A stretch of 64,000 nt of DNA, taken from Octopus vulgaris (taxonomy: Eukaryota). Location: positions 34,038,001 to 34,102,000 of the forward strand of contig OX597830.1 in the NCBI GenBank assembly GCA_951406725.2, in the 5' to 3' direction. Each line of letters opens with the position of its first letter. The first letter of the stretch is position 1. The notes below the pieces were generated by a model. That model had not been told where the DNA came from, searched no databases, and saw nothing but the letters and a program-made list of their open reading frames with translations. Both the position numbers and the translations under genes were made by a program. Of this stretch, positions 55,201-64,000 are shown in pieces.

Positions 55201-57424
55201 ACAGAAATTGGTAGAAGAGAAGACAAAGCGAAATTAAGCAACTTTATCCATTTTGATGAAAATAAAACTATCTGAATATAATAAGTACATTAACGAATTA
55301 ATTAAAACATTTGAAAAAAGAAAAAAATTCTTTGTCAATATCTGTAATATCGGATTCTTCATAAATTCTGTTACGCATATTCTGCTTGATGGACCCCATG
55401 CACCATCGCATACAAATATTGCACGAGTACTAATTCACACACACACACATGCACACACAAATACATGTACACAAAATACACATACACAGACACACATACA
55501 CACCTTTATATATTGCTGTTTTTTCTCTTATTCTTAGATTTTATCGTTGATATCCGCACACACTCATGCACCCACATATATTATTGTGTGCATGTGTGTG
55601 TGTGTGAATGTGTATAAATATATGTGTAGGAATGAATGAATATATATATATGTATACTCAGTGATTCACACATTCACATAGATTCAGACAGTCTTCTATA
55701 TGCATTTTTGATATATTTAAACACTCACATGTTTTCACAGAATGATATTAGTAGTGCTTAAAGTATCATTTAGTATAGATTTAATATTGATTAACAATAC
55801 TAATCAATAAGATGATTATAAAACTTTGAAAATGTAGAGATTTCAGATTTCTTCTGTTAAGTATTTCAAAGGAATTTTCCAATAAGAAGAGTGAATTTCG
55901 CTTTAATCCGTTAGATTTATCAATGATATGAATAAATGTCAACATTTAAGCAGTTGTTTTGTTGTATTTTTCTCTGTATTTTGTCCTCAAAGAAGTTGTT
56001 AGGTTAAGGTTTAAACTTCTGTATTTAAAAAGAAAAGAAAATTAAAGTAAAGAATTCATGGTATTTGTCCTTCTCATTTCTTGAAACCATTATGTTAGTT
56101 GGAAATTTCATGGAAAAGCTCCTTATGATAGCTGCCAGCTTCCAGTTAAAGTCCCCTGTGCATGTTGCCAGCTTCAAACTAAACCTGACCTGATATTTGC
56201 CAGCCTCATTCTAAAATCGTTATTGATTCAGATTTAAATCCTCTTATCTTAATTGACAGTGTAAGGTTATAAGAACCAAATGGCAATTAGAAGTGTATCT
56301 TTATATCACTTACTCTGATATAAACAGCCACAATTTCCATGGTATGACACTAATTTATCATCTCTTTTTTTACCTGTTAATTATATGTCACAATCTTATT
56401 TACTGACACATAAAGTTTCAGTCTATATTTTTCTTCTTTCTTTTTATGCCACCTCAAAGGACTAATTTTTGTTTGTTTGTTTATTTTATTCCTTCAAACC
56501 TACTCTTTGTATCCTCCAGGGTTTTGAGACACCATTAACCATTTCATGTTGTTCATTAATTCTCACCATTCACTGTGTCTAGGTCCCTATTCCAAAGCTT
56601 CTTTGCATTAAAAGTTATTCTGCTACCTTTACTTCTCTCACTTTGTTACAGTAAAGATTGCTTATATGCCTTGTATTCTCTACCAACAAATAGTAAGAAA
56701 TCATTATATAATCTCTGAAGATGCTACAAATACTTATTGAGTTAACATCATACTTATACTAACTCTGGTACACATCATACGCTTTGTAAATATAATAAAA
56801 TATTTGGACATCCATATAGATTCACACAGAATCTCAATGATTACATTAATATGTATTGCAGTTACAAACTCTTAGAAAAATTACAAGCATTCACAGAATC
56901 CTGTCTATGCCTTATTCTGAAATCTTTATTTATTATTTGATTAAACTGCAGAATAGATATGTTTAATTCTTTGCTTGTTAGCTAGCATCAGTAGCCAAAA
57001 CATCAATGAATTACATGTTAAGAATGCTTCAGCCAGTTGTATATCGAAAATATTCAGTTGCTAAAATTACAAAGGTCACTTCACAAAACTTCACTAGTTC
57101 AGTATTGATCAGAAAATATCATTAAAAATTCCATTAATAACATATATATATATATATATGTCTCCATGGCATTATTCCTAAATTTCTTCATATTATGGAC
57201 TTATTAACAAGTAAGTTGGACATACCATTATTTTCAAACTGTAGATATGGTGACAAATATTTCTCCTACTACACCGTAAGTCATAAATAATACTCTCCAA
57301 GTGATCTGCGACTATCTAATTTGCTTCATATGCTCAAATATTAAAATCAAATGTTTATTATTCCGTAATTACAGTCCCATTATCTTGAGAGCCAGTCACA
57401 TCAATAAAATTCTTTGATACATAA

Positions 57425-57679
57425 TTAACCCTTCTTGATAAATTTCAGATGAAACACACTGCTTATATTGAAACTTTATATTAAATATAATCTAGAATTT
57501 AGGAAAGATTTAGTCAAATAACTTTCTCCTTATTAAACTGGTCTTTAGGTCATAACTTAAAGAGGCTGTCACATAAATTTTTTTTGGAGGGAAGTTATTA
57601 TTTGACTATAAACATTTGAAAATTAGTAGTTTTGATTCACAGAACCCATCTTAGATTGGTTGACATCAAAAGGTTTTAA
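57425..57679. mobile_element. Decayed piggyBac-like MITE, opposite orientation
   Basis: ttaaccctt...aaggttttaa ends; interior resembles the reverse complement of 35513-35741. Confidence 0.4.
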
Positions 57680-59167
57680 TTTCAACGATACTTTTACATC
57701 CTGAGTTCAAAATGTGTTAGAATTGACTTTTTTTTTTTATTCATCTGAGTCATTATATAATAGAACAGAATAGAAAATACTGGAAGTCAAATGTATCAAT
57801 TAAACCTGGTACTGTAATTTCCTGGCTGTATGAGTGTTTACTAATATTGCATTGAAAGGCAGACATTTTCTTTTCTGGTGGCTGAAAGGAATTCATGGTA
57901 CACAAGAGTGAAATAACGGAGCACAAATATTGACTCTTTGATCAAACCTGCATCATGTTCAAATTCCACTTGAGAGGCTGAGTGAGGACAAGAAAGCCCC
58001 TTAAGGAAGAACTTGTTCTCTGTGTATGCCAAAGAACATGGCTGGCTTAGAAGGTCACTTATCCTTAAGAGTCAGAGTAATCTTTGGATCTGTGGGGTTC
58101 TTTTGATTGATTGATTGAGTGAGCGATTGACCTTAGATGGCCATCTGCCTTGTATTGTAATGTTTCATTTCATATCATCTTTCTTTTAATTTGCACAACA
58201 GATCTGCCATTGCGATTTCTGTTCTCAATACTTTAATTTTTTATTGTTTTGTGTTGTTTTACTCATGTTCTAATGGCATATTTATTTCTTTCAAACATTC
58301 TGCTTTGACTTTTGATATTCTTTGACTTTGAGAATGTATACTCTGTAGTGAGTTGATCTTTTGGAATCCAACATTGTAATTTGATCTTGGATATTTTCTA
58401 GGAAAATTTTCTAGAAGCATTTTGTCATAGTTTCACTTTCAGGGTGGGATACAAGTACAAAATAATCACATTGAATAGAAACATGTTCCTTTCATATCCA
58501 TTGATACCATTTCTCCTTTATTCATGAGACACGAGGAATAAGGTTCTGTCTTTTATTTAGATAATCATCCTTTACATTGTGCACTACTTCATTTGTTTCT
58601 GGCAATGCCAAGTTTTGCATGCTCGATTTTTCATTTTTTTATGCATTTAATTCAAAGTACTCATTTCCCTATTAACTTTGGGCTAAATGATAAGGTTTTA
58701 TTCCTATTTGTATTGTTTGTTATTTTATTTATTTTTAGTGTGAAGGGGAGGAAGTGGTGTTGAGAAGAACTGCACACCATTAGTTTATCTAAACACGATG
58801 TCAGATTTTTATGTGCTATCAGACCACTATGAATATATGTAATATATTAATTACAGGCAGTAAAAGAAAAAAATCTCAATAAACTTCACAAAATTATATT
58901 TGTATTAGAATTAACGTTCAAGATTTTCATAAGTTTTCACAGTTTTCTTTTCAATTAGTGATGTACATTTTTTTTATGGAGAAGATCATCTTATAATGGT
59001 TTTTCTCTTGTTAAATATTACTTGTTATTCAATGAGGTCGACTTTGCTTTTCATCCTTTTGGAGTCAATTAATCAAGTGCCTGTTGTGTACTGGAGTCAA
59101 TATAACAGACTACCCTTCACCCATTTTTCAGGTCTTGTGCTTATAATAGTAAGGGTTATTATTATTA

Positions 59168-59232
<65 letters not shown>

Positions 59233-59790
59233 GAGTGAGAGAGCAGTGCATGCCATCAAAGTGACACTGGGGTAAAATATACGAAGCTCAGTATACCCAT
59301 CATGACTACTCATTTGATAAGGGCACACCAGGCACATGCATCACAACTATATGTGTGCGACATGGAGATCTTATATCAAGATAAACAGCGCATGACCTTG
59401 AAGGTGGGGCTCAGTTGGAATTTTCTTCAGGTTGAGTAACCCATCCCACTCAAAAGGTCCCTGAATAAGGTTTGTTTAAGGATGATGAACGAAACACCCA
59501 TGTTTCCAAGGGTGAATTATTCAAATCCCAAAGAATTCCTCTCATCACATAGCTATGATGCTCCCCCACTACTTCTACTTGTAATCAGAGATGCACATAT
59601 CATCAGCCACCAAGGAACATGCTCTACTGGTTAAGGTCAAACAACTGACAAGCAAATCTGTAGTATTGAGCAGGATATTTGCTGTAGCCCATCTTTTATA
59701 CCAAGACAAAACAATGTACAAGATGACACTTCCAATCAGTTAAGATCATAAGCCATGAGAGCCACTGCATGGTACTGCATCAGGGCATTT
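59233..59790 (-). mobile_element. Non-coding (TAA)n-inserted element, longer copy (~560 bp)
   Basis: Homologous to 47412-47887 plus ~80 extra 5' nt; (ATT)n on both sides. Confidence 0.8.
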
Positions 59791-59830
59791 ATTATTATCA
59801 TTATTATTACTACTATTATTGTTATCATCA

Positions 59831-59880
<50 letters not shown>

Positions 59881-59884
59881 TAAG

Positions 59885-60085
59885 AATTATTAGTATGCCA
59901 GGCAAAATACTCTGCAGCACTTCAGTCTTTTCATTTTAAGATCAAATTCTGCAAAGGTCAATTTTGCCTTTCATCTTCACAGTGTCAATAAAATGCAAAC
60001 CAGTTGAGCACATGGGTTGCTGTAATCTACTATCCCCACCTCCCACTAAAATTTTAAACTGTAATCCTATAGGAGAAAGGATTAT
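59885..60085 (+). mobile_element. Old SINE-B; similar copies at ~59020-59160 and ~60387-60610
   Basis: gatcaaattctgcaaaggtcaattttgcctttcatc. Confidence 0.65.
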
Positions 60086-60090
60086 GGTTT

Positions 60091-60385
60091 TATTATTTGA
60101 TGAAAACTCTGAGCTTATTTTGCTGGGTATGATGGAAATGGTCAGCTGTTCACAGTCAGAAGACACTTGTTTACTGATCATGCTTCAAAAACCTCATGGA
60201 GTACTCTTGCAGTTCCAAGCAATGATGATTTTTGTCGGTGTTCTACCTTTACATTTGTATCAATCTTTTTGAGTAATGTTGGTATTTGAGTGCTGGAATT
60301 TCCAAGCACACCAATTACTACTGGTATCATGTCCACTCTCTTCATTGCCTGCAATCTGTGTATTTCCCATTTTTAAATCATCATA
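60091..60385 (-). mobile_element. Second Dong/R4-clade 3' fragment with a different 3' UTR
   Basis: Minus strand YDDLK/WEIHRLQAMKRVDMIPVVIGVLG...QKSSLLGTARVLHEVFEA* (stop at 60180-60178). Confidence 0.8.
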
Positions 60386-60702
60386 GAGGCAGTGATTCTG
60401 TAGAATTCTTAGAACATCGAACGAAATTATGTGTGCTCATTCTTCTGGTTCTTTACATCTGAGTTCAAATTCCACTGAAGTGAACTTTGCTTTTCATCTT
60501 TCCAAATTCAATAAAATAAAGTATAGGTCAAGTACTGTGGATTGATATAACTATTTAAATGTCCATCCCCTCAAAGTTTTTAGTCCTATGCCTAAATTAG
60601 AAGTAATTATTATTATTAGTTTGAAGATGAATGTGTGACAAAAAGGATAACGCACCACACTAAATTCGAATTCTTTGACAAGTTTGAGATTCTCCCCATT
60701 TT

Positions 60703-61205
60703 AGGCATAGACATGGATGTGTGGTTAAAATGTTTGTTTAGCAACCAGTTGGTTTTGAGTTCAGTCCCAGGGTGTAGCACTTAGGGCAACTAAGTGTCTT
60801 CTACTGAAACCCTGGGACAATCAAAGCTTTGTGAGTAAATTTGGTTGATGGAAAATGTGGAAGCCCAGTCTGTATGTATGCGTGCATGAGTGTGTGTGTG
60901 TGTGTGTGCATGTGTGAGTGTCTTTATGTTTGTTTTTATCTCCACCACCACTTGACAACTAGTGTTGTTTTTCAGTGGAGTCTTTTTGCATCCATTTAAC
61001 TTAGAGGTTTAGCAAAAAAGACAAATAGAATAGACACCAATCTTTAAAAAATAAGCTAAGTATAGGGGTGAGTTTGTTCATCTAAGCCCTTTAATGCAGA
61101 GTCCAAGCATGGCCACAGGGTCAGTTTGTTCAACTAAGCCCTTCAAGGCAGAGTCCAAGCGTGACCCCAGTCCAATGGCTGAAACAAACAAAAGAACACA
61201 GATAA
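60703..61205 (+). mobile_element. Old SINE-A with internally duplicated tail segment
   Basis: Head ggcatagacatggatgtgtggtt; gtttgttca.ctaagccctt..gcagagtccaagc occurs twice (61072-61160). Confidence 0.7.
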
Positions 61206-62102
61206 AAGATTACATTTTGACTTCAAATCTCACAATACTCAAAGAAATTTCTGCAAAAAACATTAACTGGAATTAGTTGCATCATTTGGCTGTACTGCAC
61301 CATTATACATTTACTGGCAATGTGCCTCACAATAGCAAAAAAAAAACTATTATCATTAATTGCTTTTCATTTCTCAGTGCAGTCAGGAAGCAGAAAATGG
61401 CGGAACCATGAATTAAAATCTTTTCAGTATTTAGTCTTTCATTCTTTCAGAAAGGCCTTCATTTTGCTGGAGTCAATAAATTAAGAACCACTACAAAGAC
61501 AGGGGACAATTCTGTTAAGTTTACTTTCCCATTCGAAATCTAGGCATTGCATTTTGTTAAAAGCAATCCACAAAATATGTCGTTTGGTGTTTTGTTTTTC
61601 TTTTTCCTGAATTTTAAACAATAGCAAATTTATATTTACATACTTCTTTTTAGACTAGCATTAAAACTATATAATTGAAAGTGCAGTCGAATTATCTATT
61701 TGCACTTAGTATGCTGTCAATTCGTGCATAATTTTTAATAGAAAAGATGCAACAAAAATTACCTTATATAATCTTGCATGAGTATGTAAAAAAAAAAAAA
61801 TAATAACCCTTTGAAATAACAAAACAAAAAAAAAACAAGGGATTGAAAATACAAAATATGTAAAATAAAATATATATAAAAACATGATATATGAACCTTT
61901 ATGAACTTATTAAGGCATATGTTGTATAGAAACAACACATTCATATATTGTGTGCTTGTGTGTACACAATGGAAAATTATGAATGTATATTTGTGTGTGT
62001 TTAGTTGTGAATTTGTATAGTACATATGCATATACAAGCAATCGGTTATATACACAGATGTAGAACATAATTGCATATACACACATTATATATACATGTA
62101 TT

Positions 62103-62148
<46 letters not shown>

Positions 62149-62230
62149 TATATATATATATATATATAGATATATATATATATGATTTTAGTATTATAGG
62201 CTTATACATATTTATATATGCATGTATATA

Positions 62231-62275
<45 letters not shown>

Positions 62276-62847
62276 GATTTTAGAATTATAGGCTTATATA
62301 TATATACATATATATATATGATTTTAAAATTATAGGCTTTTATATATTTCCCATCATTTACTCTGTGTGTGTGTAATTGAATAAGGTATATGTGGTGAGT
62401 ATGCATACTGCAAAGAATAAGGGAACACAGAACTGTTTGCTGAGTGATATGTCATATGGGTGAACAAAAGTTCAGAATATAAATACTCATTACTGTGAGT
62501 TACCTTTTCTGGTTCTTCAGACTGTGATAATTAAGGGTAACTTTTGTGTATGTGTCTATAAGAAATGAGATTCACACTGAGTAATACAGTAAATAATGAA
62601 TTAATTTTGGGAGTTAGTTTCACTATTCAGATATTGGTTGGATATCATGTGTTATAAGAAGTAGCTTTTAGGAGTTGCTTATTAAGTAATTGTAGTGTAT
62701 GTATGTGGAGGATCATGGACAAAAATGATGAGATGAGCTGCACATGGATGCTTAGTTGAAGAAAAAAAATGCAGTCAAATACAGAGAACGGGGGCAGACT
62801 TAACATAAACACATACTCAAACACACACATGCACACATACACAAATA

Positions 62848-63086
62848 AGGCAAAGCTGACCTCAGCAGAATTTGAACTCAGAACATAGTGACAAGCGAAA
62901 TTTTGGGGGTGGGGATAAATTTATTACATCGACTCCAGTGCATAACTGGTACTTAATTTATCGACTCCAAAAGTGATGAAAGGCAAAATCAACCTTGGCA
63001 GAATTTGAACTCAGAACGTAGCATTGGGCAAAATACCGGTGAGTATTTCGTCAAGTGTGCTTATGATTCTGCCAGCTCACTGCCTT
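62848..63086 (-). mobile_element. SINE-B plus partial duplicate
   Basis: ggcaaa..acct..gcagaatttgaactcagaac occurs twice. Confidence 0.8.
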
Positions 63087-63267
63087 AGTTGAGTCTATGA
63101 TAGAAAGAATTAGCTCAGTCTGTAGATAATTGAACTATGAAGAATTACAAAACATTATTTTTATTGAAATATGTAAACCAATTTTAAATTATGGTTCTAA
63201 TTTTTAATTTAAATTTAACAACAATCATGTAAATATCTATATCCACCACTTTTTGAATATTTAAACA

Positions 63268-63595
63268 GCCTCGCCTGGCCCCCGTGCCGGTGGCACGTAA
63301 AAAGCACCGTCCAATCGTGGCCATTGCCAGCCTTGCCTGGCCCCCATGTTGGTGGCACGTAAAAAGCACCATCTGTCCATGGCCGTTTGCCAGCTCCGTC
63401 TAGCACCTGTGCGGGTGGCACGTAAAAAGTACCCACTACACTCACGGAGTGGTTGGCGTTAGGAAGGGCATCCAGGTGTAGAAACACTGCCAGATCAGAC
63501 TGGGCCTGATGCAGCCTTCTGGCTTCACAGACCCCAGTTGAACCGTCCAACCCATGCTAGCATGGAAAGCGGACGCTAAATGATGATGATGATGA
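63268..63595 (+). mobile_element. Family E repeat; further fragments at 10066-10262, 31520-31703, 32352-32615
   Basis: ggtggcacgtaaaa x3, ggcgttaggaagggcatccag, (GAT)n tail. Confidence 0.85.
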
Positions 63596-63707
63596 CATTA
63601 CCTCTCGTTAGGTAGTGGATATCATCATCATCATTTAACGTCTGTTGTCCATGCTGGCAGACGTTAAATGATCATGATGATATAACCTACATAATCAGAG
63701 GTAATGT
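63595..63707. repeat. Fold-back palindrome, ~50-bp arms, 13-nt loop
   Basis: acattacctct..atatcatcatcatcatttaacgtctg / cagacgttaaatgatcatgatgatat..agaggtaatgt. Confidence 0.85.
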
Positions 63708-64000
63708 TATATGTGTTTAAATGGTATATATTACCAAATTTATGTTACTAACATATAATGCATTACTTCCCTAGTTAGCTCGTCCAGTCAATATACTATA
63801 ATATCATAACCGAAGGCAGACATTACACATGTACATTAGAATAACTATCTGCCATGAGAAGTGAAAATTGTACGTAATAATGTACCTTGGAATATATAAT
63901 TATGTATTTTAAAGCAATTTGATTGTAATAATGTATTTTGGAATAATTTAATACAAAAGAAATTGTGTATTTTTTTCTCATTATTACCTTTTTTTATCTC

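Noticed and set aside
57860-58650. Possible LINE RT relics (GQESPLRKNLFSVY; RTEIAMA)
   Set aside because: Too weak, and the two pieces lie on opposite strands.
59725-59790. Faint U2 snRNA-like words in the TAA element
   Set aside because: Short matches on opposite strands; not a coherent homology.
62182-62340. CRISPR-like repeat/spacer pattern
   Set aside because: Spacers are TA microsatellite, the context is eukaryotic and there are no cas genes.

Overview
AT-rich, microsatellite-saturated eukaryotic non-coding DNA (intron or intergenic). The repeat families and (TA)n/(CA)n/(TAA)n load resemble an octopus (coleoid cephalopod) genome; this is inference. No host protein-coding gene can be supported: nearly all ORFs in the track are translations of simple repeats or SINEs. 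Contents: (1) dozens of tRNA-derived SINE copies from several modular families; (2) decayed autonomous retroelement ends: a Penelope-like GIY-YIG endonuclease, two Dong/R4 C-terminal fragments and a Tx1/L1-like C-terminus; (3) hAT-like and piggyBac-like MITEs; (4) about ten type-I hammerhead-ribozyme (HHR)-like motifs from at least six short repeat families, mostly next to (TA)n. The HHR set includes one directly downstream of the Penelope endonuclease, a ~350-nt retrozyme-like 1.5-mer that begins almost at its predicted self-cleavage site, and a tRNA-headed (Pol III) element with an HHR-like tail in inverted arrangement. All folds, alignments and boundaries were made by eye. Family letters (A-G) and module names are my own labels.
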